From Shigella phage SHSML-45: a stretch of DNA of 64,000 bases. Positions 39,229 to 50,130 of this stretch are shown here, piece after piece; the first letter of the stretch is position 1, and every line of letters starts with the position of its first letter. Position numbers and translations under genes: made by a program. Under the pieces are notes generated by a model. The model did no database searches and was not told the DNA's origin. It saw only the letters and a program-made list of their open reading frames with translations. The stretch lies in sequence record KX130863; one strand, given 5' to 3'.

Positions 39229-39498
39229 ATTAACATCCAGCTTTTATCATATATTTGGGCATGTTCTACTAATTCATTTATTGATGTAGAATTATCGTAG
39301 ATACCCTCTAGTAAACGTTTTCTGTCAAATTTATCAACCAAATACTCCGCGCCATTTATCACTACCATATACAGCTCTGGAACTAAGGGGTGTTTGTTTG
39401 GTATTGGACGACTACCTAAGTCTATTTCATTTTTACCCCACTCTGTTTTAAACAGTCTGTTACTAAGTGCTGCTAGTGGGTTTGACCATACAATATAG

Positions 39499-40047
39499 CT
39501 ACTCACTACTTATCTCCATTCTTAGCTTTGAAAACTTATTATACCAAACTATATGATTATCGTCAATTACAAATTTATGGTAACATGCTGGTACGGTATA
39601 AGTTCCATAATCCGTGACACGCTGCACAACCTTGTGTGCACACAGTCGACAACCATGCCCTTCTAAATGAGATCTAGCAGTTTGCCAGTAATAACCCTTA
39701 TGGTCTGGACAATAGATCTCGACTTGCTGTTGCATTGTTTTATAATTTACACGCTCATACCCAAAGAAAGCCCCGTGAGCTGCAATGGCTTTCTTGATAA
39801 ATATAAGGTTTAGCGCCTCTTGCTGAAAATCGGGATGTAGCTGTTTAATCTTAGTTCTATTAATAGATCCATCCGATTTGATGAACCTATTTATTGGAAA
39901 GTTGTTAGCTTCCTCGATTAATAGTTCATTTACTTTCTCTCTCATATTAGATACTCTCACAACTAAGATGGAAACATTCGTAAGCATCTCCAGTAAACTC
40001 TTTATCTTGTAGTATACACTTAGCCTGGTCTTCTGGTACTCCAACAT
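39499..40047 (-). CDS. hypothetical Cys/His-containing protein (182 aa)
   Basis: ORF with CPDHKGYYW...GHGCRLCAH possible metal-binding motifs. Confidence 0.4.
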   Translation of the reverse strand: MLEYQKTRLSVYYKIKSLLEMLTNVSILVVRVSNMREKVNELLIEEANNFPINRFIKSDGSINRTKIKQLHPDFQQEALNLIFIKKAIAAHGAFFGYERVNYKTMQQQVEIYCPDHKGYYWQTARSHLEGHGCRLCAHKVVQRVTDYGTYTVPACYHKFVIDDNHIVWYNKFSKLRMEISSE

Positions 40048-40205
40048 CTAATAATTGTTGTTTACTTGGCTTTTCAGCGAATACTTTTACAAAATACTCA
40101 CCATCCTGATTATACTCATTTATATCTCTAGTAAGGACATATACTTGCATTTGAAGTTCCTTGAAACATAAAAGGCCAGAACAATTAAGTCCTGGCCTCC
40201 TAAAA

Positions 40206-40643
40206 TTAATGAAGTTGTTTACCACTTCTTAACATAGTGGCCGTTTCCATAAGACCTAGCGTAGCATCACGCTTATTGATCTGTTTACCAAGTTCATCAG
40301 TACGTTTACTGATGTAAGCATTAATAGCCATATTCATAGCTGTAGCGAGATCTTCTTTGGTTATCTCTTCATCGTCTAAAGCTAATTTAGCCAAAGAATC
40401 AAATGTGCTAGAGAGTCCTATAAGATCTGAGGTTTCTCCCGCCAAAATAGGATTAATATTATCTACTGTTACTTCTAGCATGGAGTTGACAATATCTTCA
40501 CCGTCTATTAGACCAGTTTCAATATTACTCTCCCACTCCTTCATCTGCTCCAATAATGGATTTTTCTTTTCTGTCATGGTAGAGGTTTCCTGTGTCAGTC
40601 GGTAAGAAGGATGATTGAGCTTTAGGCGGATGTTGCTTAGCAA
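40206..40643 (-). CDS. hypothetical protein (145 aa)
   Basis: ORF in a compact run of overlapping minus-strand early-type genes. Confidence 0.4.
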   Translation of the reverse strand: MLSNIRLKLNHPSYRLTQETSTMTEKKNPLLEQMKEWESNIETGLIDGEDIVNSMLEVTVDNINPILAGETSDLIGLSSTFDSLAKLALDDEEITKEDLATAMNMAINAYISKRTDELGKQINKRDATLGLMETATMLRSGKQLH

Positions 40644-41282
40644 TCCAGTTAAGAATCAGCACGCGACTAGGAACAATATCGGTGTTATACCAAAAATCGT
40701 GAACCCATTGACGAGCATCTTCAAACTTACCAAATTTATATGCTTTCTTAAACAATTCAAATCCAAAACAATCTGGTGTAAAGTCTACTTCGCGATATTG
40801 AATTACTTTAGAACCAGTTAGGTCTTGGATCGCTGCATTAATTTCTGTATGCGAGAACTTTGTTTCATGAAACTTATTAAAGAATCGGTAGTTGAAGCGT
40901 CCGTTCGTTTCGACAAACAACTGGATGAAAAGATCGTTAAATTGGTTATCAAACCAGTAATTCTGTAGTTGTTGTAGTGCTGTCATTTACGAACTCCGTT
41001 AATTGCCGTGATAATGCCTTCATACATAAAAGGAAGTAACCAAGAAGTATAGAATATATTTTCCGTTATTCCTAGATGTCGAAAAAGTATATTAAATAAT
41101 GCTGTTAGAAATACAATCTGAGGCAGTAATACAAAATACTCAGTTACAATCTTTGGTGCCTGATAAACAAGACGTTTTATCATTGTTTTTAAGTCTCCTT
41201 ATTACTTTGGCCTGCTCCACAATAATGAAAACTGCGAGCACTAATAGTGCTATTAGCCCCGCAGTAATTGGTACTAAATCAA

Positions 41283-41672
41283 TCATGGGAGACGCCATAC
41301 GTAATTAGCTGTCTGTAGAACTTCGGAAACATCATCATGTTGCATCACTACAGACGTTGGAGAGTAACTATTCGCCAGTTCTGTACGAACCATCTCACGT
41401 TCTTCTCCAGTTTCAATATTTTTAACAACCACCTTCATTTTGAGAGGTGTCAGTTCAGAGAGCGGTTTCCAAGAGTCCTCAATTGCAATTCCTACCTTTT
41501 TCTCGATTACCATGAGAACTTCTAGTGTGTCATCTGGAATACTAATATTATTATTTACAAACTGTAACAGCTCATGCAAAGTATTTAATTCGTTAAAATT
41601 AAGTTTCATCTTTAAGAATATCCTCAACCATATCACAGGACTGTTGCAATTCGTCAGCAATACGCTTAACAT
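41283..41672 (-). CDS. hypothetical protein (129 aa)
   Basis: ORF in a compact minus-strand gene run. Confidence 0.4.
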   Translation of the reverse strand: MLSVLLTNCNSPVIWLRIFLKMKLNFNELNTLHELLQFVNNNISIPDDTLEVLMVIEKKVGIAIEDSWKPLSELTPLKMKVVVKNIETGEEREMVRTELANSYSPTSVVMQHDDVSEVLQTANYVWRLP

Positions 41673-42636
41673 CGGTCTTCGTCACTTTACCAATTAACAT
41701 CACCAGTAGCATAGAAAGTATAATAAGTGGAACTGGAATAACAAATAATGCTACCTTAGCTATATTCTTCGGTGCCCATGTATGGTACTTAGTAACTAGA
41801 ACTCCTACCACGATTAGGTAAAATGCTAGAATAAACATCATCATTTTTTAATCTCCGTGATTATCTGTGTGCGCATTACTTTAGCAGGTAATTTATTATT
41901 CCCAACTATTGCTTCTATATTATTTAATTTTTCCTTAAGAATATCCGAGCGTCTTTGGGCTATTTCAATATCTTGCTCTAGCAAACGGTGGTGTAGTCCA
42001 TCGTTAGTAATAAGCATATTTTCCATGCTTTTTCGTGCATTCACAATCCCAATAACTCCGCCAATCGCTACTAGCGTAGTAAGAATTAGTAACCCAATAA
42101 GAATTTCAATCAACATTAAATATCCTTACATTTTTCATTGTTTGGAACTAGTTTACACAACTCCACATTTAACTCGTGGATAGAATTGTCTAGTTCTTCT
42201 AAACGTGTGTGAAGAGAAACTATACTATATATTAACACTCCTAAAAGGAATGACAGCATAAAAATGGATAGTCTTTCCATTATTTCTTACCTTTCAGTTG
42301 TTTAACTTCACGCTCAAAGCTAGCTGCTCGGCGTTCTGCCACTGCTTGATGCTCCTTAGCAAAGCGTGCCTCTTGTTTTGCTAAGTTAAAGGCCATAGCG
42401 TTCTTGTTAAGAGAATCGTACATCTTTTTCATTGCTGGGATGGACATTTTCATCAGTTGCCCCTCAAATCCTTGCATGTCGAGGAGAATTGCTAATACAT
42501 TGGCCATTTCAGTCTTGGTAAGGTTAGAGGCGTCGAAGTCTTTAGTCATGTTTTCCATTAGAATTTCCTCTCTCATTAATTTATGAACTTATTATACAGA
42601 ATTTTAAGGCTTAAAGCAACTGAATTTTTTAATTAC

Positions 42637-43068
42637 TTACCAATCGTTAACGAAACCTGAGAACTCAGAAGCAAAAACTTTTTCAAATTTTTCTGCAATT
42701 TCAGGATGATCTTTACAGATTAACTCAATACATGCTTCTGGAGCTATTCCTTCGTCTTCAGGATCACCGTAATATTTGTCCCAAAGATCATCAGGGATGA
42801 TGTGCTCTGCCAAATCTTGGAAAGAGATTAGCTGATAACGTTCTGCTTCCTCGGGGATAAGGATTTCACAAAGATCTTTATCTATATCACTACGGTAATC
42901 AGCAATTAGCAAGGCATTGCAAGCATGGCACTCCCAAACCATCAAGCGTTCAGAAATAGGATTAGACTTATCCTGAACGTAAGACTGAAACAGGGGTCGG
43001 AAAGTAGCTTTGACTTGTTCAAACTTATCTGCTGCTGCGAAAACTAGAGCCTTATCAACTTTGTTCAT
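42637..43068 (-). CDS. hypothetical protein (143 aa)
   Basis: ORF with acidic composition. Confidence 0.45.
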   Translation of the reverse strand: MNKVDKALVFAAADKFEQVKATFRPLFQSYVQDKSNPISERLMVWECHACNALLIADYRSDIDKDLCEILIPEEAERYQLISFQDLAEHIIPDDLWDKYYGDPEDEGIAPEACIELICKDHPEIAEKFEKVFASEFSGFVNDW

Positions 43069-43235
43069 TTTATCTCCTTCTCATCAATTTATAGAGTAAT
43101 TATACAGAAACTTAGGCATTTTAGCAAATAAAACTTTTAATTAAAATGCCTAATCCTGTACTAATAGCAATACAAATGATTATAAGTATTGCTACTGCTT
43201 GTATGATTCGTTTAATAATAGCCTCAGCTATATAC

Positions 43236-43757
43236 TTAGACATTTAACATCCAGCTAATTTTATCGTGGGAAGTATACCTACCACTCATGATGTCTTCCA
43301 GTCGTACTGGTGATTTTGCATACTCTACACAAACGTTAATATAACGGGGATCTCCCATTAATTCAAAGTGAGTATGCCCATGTAAGTTCTTCTTACCCCT
43401 CAGCTCTCCTGGATGTACTGGAGCATGGGAAAGCCAGAAGTTTTTATATTTAACTAGTGATTGTACATTATCTACAACTCCTGCTAAGTCTTTGAAAGAT
43501 AATCCTTCTCGCTCTAAGTCGTGGTTCCCCAAAACCAGTGTAGTTCTAACATTGCTAAAGAGTTTTCCGAACTTCTCCAAACCATTTCTAGATACAAATG
43601 CATCTCCTAAAATATAAAATACTGTACGCTTATCTTTCATGGATGTAATAGTATCCATAATAAATTCATCATGCTCTTCCATAGTAGAGAAGATTGGCCT
43701 GAATTTAGTAATATTTGCATGTCCTAAATGGAGATCACTCCAAAAGCAAACTTTCAT
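43236..43757 (-). CDS. metallophosphoesterase (calcineurin-like fold), 173 aa
   Basis: Motifs DLHLGH, GDAF, GNHD and GHTH characteristic of the metallophosphatase fold. Confidence 0.65.
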   Translation of the reverse strand: MKVCFWSDLHLGHANITKFRPIFSTMEEHDEFIMDTITSMKDKRTVFYILGDAFVSRNGLEKFGKLFSNVRTTLVLGNHDLEREGLSFKDLAGVVDNVQSLVKYKNFWLSHAPVHPGELRGKKNLHGHTHFELMGDPRYINVCVEYAKSPVRLEDIMSGRYTSHDKISWMLNV

Positions 43758-44633
43758 TTAAAGAATCCTCTGTACACCACAGCTATTATTTTTGTCAGTG
43801 GTAAATGTTGTGATTTTGCCAGTTTCATCATTAACCTGCGCAACCGTCAACTGCCCGTTGAAAACACCGCCAGTATCAAGATAAACACGGTTCTGGTATA
43901 AAATCGGGTAAGGTACTCCAGTATGTCCGTGAAACACGAAATCTACTCCTTTAACTGGAGGTATTTCTACTGTGTATTTTTCTTTAAACCCAGAATAACG
44001 CTGGAAATAGGGGTGTTCCTCACCATTTTTAGACAAGTGGAAGCCTATCTCTTGGATTACATCTCGATCCCATAAGTATGGTTCAACATGGTATCCAGGA
44101 TGGTCATGTGGGTCTTCCTTAGCTGCTTCTACTTGTGCAATAAGGTTATCCCATACTGGGGTTTCTACCTCATTACCACATTCTTTATACGTGAATGGTA
44201 CACCACCATGAACAACACCATACTTCTTACCACGATGCAGCACAGTCAGGAATACTGGAAGTTTTTCAGCCATGTCTTCGGCAATATTTTTAATGATATC
44301 TGTATCTAGTTCATTCATAGCCCACATACCACCGTTATACATCCAGTTAGCCCAATCCCCTACAATCATAAACTGGTCATGATTTCCACGAACGCTACAG
44401 AAACGTGGATTATACAGGAATTTGGCTAAAACTTGTAGGTTTTGTGTGCCTCGGTCAATTAAGTCCCCTACACATACAACGCAATCTTTCTTGCCGTTAT
44501 AGCCAGCTAATTGTAGTGCATCTTCTAGTAAATCGTTGCATCCATGAATATCACCAACAAAGAATAAGTTAACATCATCAGGTACTACTAGTGTTTTATG
44601 CACATTAAATTCTTTTTTCATAATTATTCCCAA
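43758..44633 (-). CDS. Ser/Thr protein phosphatase, PPP family (291 aa)
   Basis: Canonical PPP motifs GDIHGC, GDLIDRG and RGNHD in correct order and spacing. Confidence 0.8.
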   Translation of the reverse strand: MGIIMKKEFNVHKTLVVPDDVNLFFVGDIHGCNDLLEDALQLAGYNGKKDCVVCVGDLIDRGTQNLQVLAKFLYNPRFCSVRGNHDQFMIVGDWANWMYNGGMWAMNELDTDIIKNIAEDMAEKLPVFLTVLHRGKKYGVVHGGVPFTYKECGNEVETPVWDNLIAQVEAAKEDPHDHPGYHVEPYLWDRDVIQEIGFHLSKNGEEHPYFQRYSGFKEKYTVEIPPVKGVDFVFHGHTGVPYPILYQNRVYLDTGGVFNGQLTVAQVNDETGKITTFTTDKNNSCGVQRIL

Positions 44634-44873
44634 ATAACATTTAAAATAGTTGTACCATAGTTATTAGATAGTTTGAGAGTATAACCCTCTTTATAAATGG
44701 CTTTTATGGCCTCATAACTAATTTCATCACGGTTAAACTGCACATAAGAACCACCACATTCTACAGAAGATATAATCCGTCTTTTAACGTATCTATACGG
44801 TTTCTTTCTGCTCTTGAGAAGAGCAGCTCTATTAACTCTAGCTAAATGTTTTGCTTGCTCTGCTAACATTTAA

Positions 44874-45251
44874 TTATCTCCAATGGTTAGTATGTTTTTC
44901 AGCCTCTTCATCATTAGGCTCAAATACTACGTGGCAATCTACAGCTTCCCAAAAGGCTTCACGGATTAAGGAGTTCTTAGCTGAAATATCTAACTCTTCC
45001 CACTCCTCTAAAGTCTCTAGGTCTGTATCAACTTCGGTATCACAGCCAACCAAACCCAGAGACACAACAAGAGTAAGACGATCTTCACGTTCTTCGGGAT
45101 AAACCTCAGCATACTCCCAAGCAGCTTCTTCAACATAATATTGTTGTTCCTTTTCTGGAAGTGACTTATACTTTTCCTCTGTAATACCCATCTCAACAGC
45201 GCGAGTACCACAAACTACGTTATTATTAATAATTAGATATGCATAGTTCAT
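44874..45251 (-). CDS. hypothetical acidic protein (125 aa)
   Basis: ORF, Glu-rich. Confidence 0.4.
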   Translation of the reverse strand: MNYAYLIINNNVVCGTRAVEMGITEEKYKSLPEKEQQYYVEEAAWEYAEVYPEEREDRLTLVVSLGLVGCDTEVDTDLETLEEWEELDISAKNSLIREAFWEAVDCHVVFEPNDEEAEKHTNHWR

Positions 45252-45378
45252 TGGAATACTCCTATTTCTTGTAGTGCGTAGATAGCCTTCTCATCAATTT
45301 ATATAAGTATTATACCAAAATTTTTAGCAAAAAGCAAGTAAAATAAAAGCCTGATCCGCTAAGATCAGGCTTGGTTTA

Positions 45379-45675
45379 TTAATCCTCTGGATTATCATCC
45401 AGGAAATTTTTAATAGCTTCGTGCATAGTTTCTTTACGAAGCTGACGTCCAATCAAAATATGGTTAGCTTCTACTCGACCATTAGGTAAGCGATCTGCCA
45501 GAACTACTACAGGAACTTGGCGTACACCAAATTTCTGCATTAATTCTGTATTATCAGTCTCTTTATGGACTTCCAAATTATATTCATTGACTACTTTATC
45601 AAACACAGGTTCGAAAAGAGCACAAGGACGACACGTGGAACCTTTTAATAAATAAATAACTTTGCTCATATACAC
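45379..45675 (-). CDS. thioredoxin/glutaredoxin-fold protein (98 aa)
   Basis: N-terminal CxxC motif (GSTCRPCALFEPVF) in a ~100-aa protein. Confidence 0.5.
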   Translation of the reverse strand: MYMSKVIYLLKGSTCRPCALFEPVFDKVVNEYNLEVHKETDNTELMQKFGVRQVPVVVLADRLPNGRVEANHILIGRQLRKETMHEAIKNFLDDNPED

Positions 45676-45682
45676 TCCTATT

Positions 45683-46222
45683 TTACTTGTTAAGCTCTTC
45701 TAAATCTGGTATATATCCAAGAAACTCCTCAATTAAAGCGTACTCCCCAGCAATCTCCTGTCTAGACTTATTTGCTAAGTCTACTGCCAGAGCTAAGTCT
45801 TCATAATTGAAAGTTCCTTTCATACGTTTTCGGCCTGTTTCATCCGTAATTTGAACTCTCCATTTCTGCCTATCTTTAGCCCACATAACATTTGCATATC
45901 CAGATTTGGACTTTCTATGCTTCTTATTACGACAATTTTGTGGTTTAGATGCAGAACGTAAGTTTTTCCATCGGTTATTTTGTGGATTTCTATCTATGTG
46001 ATCCACAAATTCAGGTATATATCCTTCCATATATAGGAAGGCCCATCTATGGGCTCCCTGCCTCTCCCCTTCCACCATTATCATTATGTAATCATTGTTG
46101 TATAGAGTTCCAGCTTCCATTCCCCTCTTTACATACTGATTATTACCATCTATCTTCCAGGTAAATATCCCGGTTTCTGGGTTATATTCTAGTAATTCTT
46201 TTAGTCTTTCTTGAGTAATCAC
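45683..46222 (-). CDS. HNH homing endonuclease (179 aa)
   Basis: Motif AHRWAFLYMEGYIPEFVDHIDRNPQNNRWKNLRSAS, close paralog of 24943-25482. Confidence 0.75.
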   Translation of the reverse strand: MITQERLKELLEYNPETGIFTWKIDGNNQYVKRGMEAGTLYNNDYIMIMVEGERQGAHRWAFLYMEGYIPEFVDHIDRNPQNNRWKNLRSASKPQNCRNKKHRKSKSGYANVMWAKDRQKWRVQITDETGRKRMKGTFNYEDLALAVDLANKSRQEIAGEYALIEEFLGYIPDLEELNK

Positions 46223-46623
46223 AATTTATTAATGGCCTCTAAGAAGTTTTTCATGCACTTAACAGTTGCGGTGCTCAGATCAAGATTTACACCCAAACAC
46301 TCGGTTAATGCTTCCTGATAAGGAGCCTTTAATCTGCCTTCTGGGACTTCTACCTTCTTATATTCTTTATTTTTGACCTTTTTAATCATAGTCTCTAGTA
46401 CAAGAAGCGGTAATTTAGCACCTTCAATATCAGTACCCAAAAGTTCAGTTAAAATTTTATTAAGATCAAGACGAGTTAACTTTTTGCCCTTAGACATAGT
46501 AGTTCCTGCCTTCTTCTCAAGTTTTTTACGCTCTGGTGAATCGAGGTCACGTAATGCGATGTTCAACTCATATGGAGCCATGTTATAATGTTCCGCCATT
46601 TGAGTGTAGAAACGATCAGACAT
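46219..46623 (-). CDS. hypothetical protein (134 aa)
   Basis: ORF start-stop coupled to the HNH gene. Confidence 0.4.
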   Translation of the reverse strand: MSDRFYTQMAEHYNMAPYELNIALRDLDSPERKKLEKKAGTTMSKGKKLTRLDLNKILTELLGTDIEGAKLPLLVLETMIKKVKNKEYKKVEVPEGRLKAPYQEALTECLGVNLDLSTATVKCMKNFLEAINKL

Positions 46624-46698
46624 AATATATACCTCTCTTAACTAATTTATGTATATATTATATAATAACTAGGGCTAAAAGTCAACTACTTTTTTATC

Positions 46699-47115
46699 TT
46701 AATCTACTACATGTATAAATCTTTTCCTAACTAGATACATAGTTATTGGGTAAATTGAGTACATAAGTATCGGGGAGAAAAGGGTGAAATACGCTGTAAC
46801 TCCCCCAGCTAACATCAAAGGTATTAATGCTAGAGTAAGGGCCATAAGAATCATACCGAATGAAACAGCCAAAGCTATGGATATAGGATTCTCTAGTTCC
46901 ATCCATAACCAACAATATTTCGTATCTCTATGGCAATTGCATTTACAAACGCCGAATGAACCCATAATTATATACTCTAGTCCGTGAATAACCTTTATTA
47001 ATAAGCTATTTCGGGTAGTTAATGCAAGGATAGTAAAGACTATCATTAAAACGAATACTACTAGACTTATTTTCCAGATACCTAGCAGCATCATAGTGAA
47101 TAGTTCTGCAAACAT
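46699..47115 (-). CDS. multi-pass membrane protein (138 aa)
   Basis: Several hydrophobic helices; immediately downstream of the endolysin terminator. Confidence 0.45.
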   Translation of the reverse strand: MFAELFTMMLLGIWKISLVVFVLMIVFTILALTTRNSLLIKVIHGLEYIIMGSFGVCKCNCHRDTKYCWLWMELENPISIALAVSFGMILMALTLALIPLMLAGGVTAYFTLFSPILMYSIYPITMYLVRKRFIHVVD

Positions 47116-47156
47116 GGCTTTCTCCTATCTTCAAAAATTATTAAAGCCCCCTTTGC

Positions 47157-47181
47157 CTAAAAAGGCGGGAATACTCCCGCC
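47157..47181 (-). terminator. rho-independent terminator after the endolysin gene
   Basis: Hairpin GGCGGGAATACTCCCGCC (47164-47181) followed on the minus strand by a T-run. Confidence 0.6.
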
Positions 47182-47190
47182 GTATCTTAC

Positions 47191-47604
47191 TTAAATCAAT
47201 TCTATATGTGGGCCATCAAAAGTACCACGTTGGATTTCATCCTTATAACTTCCGTTCTGGTTCCAATCACCACCCCATCTAATCTTTACCCCTAGCTCTT
47301 CTGCTGCCTTAAAGAAGGCATCTGCCACTAATTTGAATGATTCTAAATCATTCCAATCAATCTTCCCATTTTTAAGAGGAGCAAAGTCAACGGCCAGCCC
47401 TTGTACGTGTTTTGACTTGCTCGGGTCTTTTAAAAACGAGGTTCCATTCTTAATATTTTGGGCGCTTTGTTCTAAGGAACGTAATCCTTCTGTAATCGTA
47501 AAATCATATGGGCTTAATTCTAAAGCTCTATGAGTTACTCTTACTAAATCTGGATGAACACCCTTTAATCTATCTAAACTTCTTTTACCAAATTTAAAAC
47601 TCAT
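47191..47604 (-). CDS. lys: endolysin, L-alanyl-D-glutamate peptidase type (137 aa)
   Basis: 137 aa as T5 endolysin; metal-binding peptidase motifs (HVQGLAVDF, GGDWN, DGPHIEL); adjacent to a holin-like gene. Confidence 0.75.
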   Translation of the reverse strand: MSFKFGKRSLDRLKGVHPDLVRVTHRALELSPYDFTITEGLRSLEQSAQNIKNGTSFLKDPSKSKHVQGLAVDFAPLKNGKIDWNDLESFKLVADAFFKAAEELGVKIRWGGDWNQNGSYKDEIQRGTFDGPHIELI

Positions 47605-48257
47605 ATTGATCTACCTAAAGATCTCTGTTGTGGGGAACAGAGCTTTGTTAAATACTCGTTAAATTTCTCAGAATCGGCTGCATCTACAGGATTATCTTTC
47701 CAAGCAATACCAATATATCCAGCATAGATATTGTTTAGATTGAAATAGGGACAAGTGTATATGTAATTAAAAGTAACGTTCTTAAACGCAGGTATATTTA
47801 ACCCCATGTATTTATTTACTTTTACACTTAAATCCGATGCGTAGTTAAAGCCTTCCAAGTGACGTCTATATAGCTCAGACGTTTTATTTACCGCTTTATC
47901 GGCCAAGTCAGCCCTATCTAATTGCGCATTGCTTTCCCATGCAATAATGTTAGAATAATCATTAATGGCATCGGGTTTATACTTGACGACAAAAACAGCA
48001 TCCGCACCCGTTTGAGAAAAGAGTACCATGCTCTTTTCTCTAGCTACATTAGGAAAGTTATCTATCCTTTGAGTTTGAACATCCTGTAGAACCGCAGACG
48101 TGGAGAAAGTCTTTAAGAATGACATCACCTCGCTAGTATTACTAACAAATAAGAAAATAATGACAGCAACTAAGATAGTTAGCAGACGTTTAAGAAGCGA
48201 TGCTGGATCTTTCGCTTCTTGGAGCAGTACCGTTAATAATTGTAAGAACTTTTCCAA
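47601..48257 (-). CDS. holin-like membrane protein (218 aa)
   Basis: N-terminal hydrophobic helix (LLTILVAVIIFLFV); directly upstream of and overlapping the endolysin gene; size matches T5 holin. Confidence 0.55.
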   Translation of the reverse strand: MEKFLQLLTVLLQEAKDPASLLKRLLTILVAVIIFLFVSNTSEVMSFLKTFSTSAVLQDVQTQRIDNFPNVAREKSMVLFSQTGADAVFVVKYKPDAINDYSNIIAWESNAQLDRADLADKAVNKTSELYRRHLEGFNYASDLSVKVNKYMGLNIPAFKNVTFNYIYTCPYFNLNNIYAGYIGIAWKDNPVDAADSEKFNEYLTKLCSPQQRSLGRSI

Positions 48258-48412
48258 TTGTAACCTCCTCTAACCAGTACCATTATACTAATTTTGGAGG
48301 AAAATTACAATGTGTTTTTAAAGATCACTTCTGGAGCACAAAATTATGTCGTTGTCAAGAAGAATTTTAGATAAAAGAAAAGCCAGGGTACTTAACCCTG
48401 GCTTAAAATTAC

Positions 48413-49012
48413 TTACTCTTCGTTGTGCTCCTCGGATTGAGGTAACTGAGCTTTATTATATTGCTCAGATCGATATTTTGCCAAGATTTCAGTACGCTTA
48501 TGAATTTCCTTGCTATCTAGATAGATATTTTTGTTGTCTTTTACCATCTCGTCGATTTCATCTATTGAGAAGAACGGATAGTAGACATCTAGCATCATAT
48601 CTTCTACAAACTTGTTGTAAGATTCATAGGCTTTCTTGATTTCTTGACCTTTCTCACAGAACCCGCCAGAGAACGTGTGCCCCATTAGCGTAGCATGTGG
48701 ATGTACTACCCATCCATGACAAGATAGGAAAATTGTGCAGTAAGCAGAAGCACTAGGACCAATCAGGTGTCCTATAACTGTTCCACGGCAATTAGCAATT
48801 AAGTTAGATAACTGTGCAGCAGTATCAACATAACCACCTGGACCATTAATCATCAGATTAATTTCGTCGTCCTCATTTGCCTGCATAAGTACCATTGATA
48901 AATCACGGTATTCATCCGGTGGGCCTAATTCTTCATCAAAGAAAAAGGTATACTCGTTAGATTGGCGAATGGAGTGAAACAGGTTAGTCTTTTCTTCTTT
49001 TTTATTAGTCAT
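48413..49012 (-). CDS. hypothetical protein, possibly ClpP-like peptidase fold (199 aa)
   Basis: Segment MINGPGGYVDTAAQLSNLIANCRGTVIGHLIGPSASAY resembles the ClpP core; weak, unverified. Confidence 0.35.
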   Translation of the reverse strand: MTNKKEEKTNLFHSIRQSNEYTFFFDEELGPPDEYRDLSMVLMQANEDDEINLMINGPGGYVDTAAQLSNLIANCRGTVIGHLIGPSASAYCTIFLSCHGWVVHPHATLMGHTFSGGFCEKGQEIKKAYESYNKFVEDMMLDVYYPFFSIDEIDEMVKDNKNIYLDSKEIHKRTEILAKYRSEQYNKAQLPQSEEHNEE

Positions 49013-49024
49013 AGCGATCCTTGA

Positions 49025-49777
49025 TTATCCAACTAGTGGTTCTAGCTCTAAGTCACAGAAGTTATAAACTTCTAGTTTAAGGTTATTGATACCATCGAAT
49101 TTATTAACTAATTCGTGAGTAATATATTTTGCAGGAATACCACTTTCAGATGGATGATCTGATTTAATAGTGAACTTCTGCTCAGCGGGTACTACATTTA
49201 CTATCAAAGAATCCATATCTAAATGGTTTGTTTCTCTGAGTAACTCTCCTTCATTGGGGAATCTAACATCTGTTATTACGGCGACATCTGGGTCGTCTTT
49301 AGCGATGGATTGCTCCAGAATTATGAGCCAAATGCGTTCATGCACCAGCTGCCTTCCTAGCTCTGTCCCTACGAGCTGTAACATTTTTCTCGGAGAAATA
49401 AATAAACTATAAAGACCATCTTCTTTACTCTCTGAGATAAGTTGTTGAGGATTAAGATATTTTTCCTCAAAAATAGGCCAAACGTACGAGAAGTCTTCAA
49501 ACTTATCGATACCATACTTAACCCACACATCTCTAGCTCGCTCCAACTGAGATTGTGTGACCGTAAACCATTGGTCAATTTCTTTTCCCCTGCGCTCTCC
49601 TAGAAACTCTGGAGTTACCCCGAGGATTACGGATGCAAGCTCATAAACTGGTTTAGCAAAACTGTAACGACGGGGTAAACACGTTGGATACGTGTCATTA
49701 CACCAATCGATAATTAATTTTGCAACGGTATCTTTTCCTGCACCTGCCTCGCCATGTAAACCTACTAATACTGACAT
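49025..49777 (-). CDS. deoxynucleoside monophosphate kinase-like P-loop protein (250 aa)
   Basis: N-terminal Walker A GEAGAGKDT; 250 aa as T5 dNMP kinase. Confidence 0.55.
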   Translation of the reverse strand: MSVLVGLHGEAGAGKDTVAKLIIDWCNDTYPTCLPRRYSFAKPVYELASVILGVTPEFLGERRGKEIDQWFTVTQSQLERARDVWVKYGIDKFEDFSYVWPIFEEKYLNPQQLISESKEDGLYSLFISPRKMLQLVGTELGRQLVHERIWLIILEQSIAKDDPDVAVITDVRFPNEGELLRETNHLDMDSLIVNVVPAEQKFTIKSDHPSESGIPAKYITHELVNKFDGINNLKLEVYNFCDLELEPLVG

Positions 49778-50130
49778 TAATCTTTCCTATTGTTAATGGG
49801 TGGATAGTAAATTAAGCAACGTTTTTCTTGTAAATCTTGGCGATAAAAGCAAACCATACTAGTCAATCGTGAGATATATGAATATTCTGCCTCGCGGCAT
49901 TTTGCCAACATATTCCAATCTTTATATGGTACGACTACTACTACGCCATCCTCCCCATTTGTAGCTAATTTCTTTTCGAATTTGAAATCAAAGCTACAAG
50001 GTTGAAGTCCTTTAGGCCAGTCCACATGAGCTGTTGGTAGTTCATGGGTAGGTTCTGGCTTTATTTCTTGTGCACAGCCTGTGATTGTGATTGCGGCTGC
50101 GAGCAGTATTCCAAGTTTTATTTTGTGCAT
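49777..50130 (-). CDS. lipoprotein (117 aa)
   Basis: Signal peptide with lipobox (ITGC); Pro-rich segment after the lipobox; several Cys. Confidence 0.55.
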   Translation of the reverse strand: MHKIKLGILLAAAITITGCAQEIKPEPTHELPTAHVDWPKGLQPCSFDFKFEKKLATNGEDGVVVVVPYKDWNMLAKCREAEYSYISRLTSMVCFYRQDLQEKRCLIYYPPINNRKD

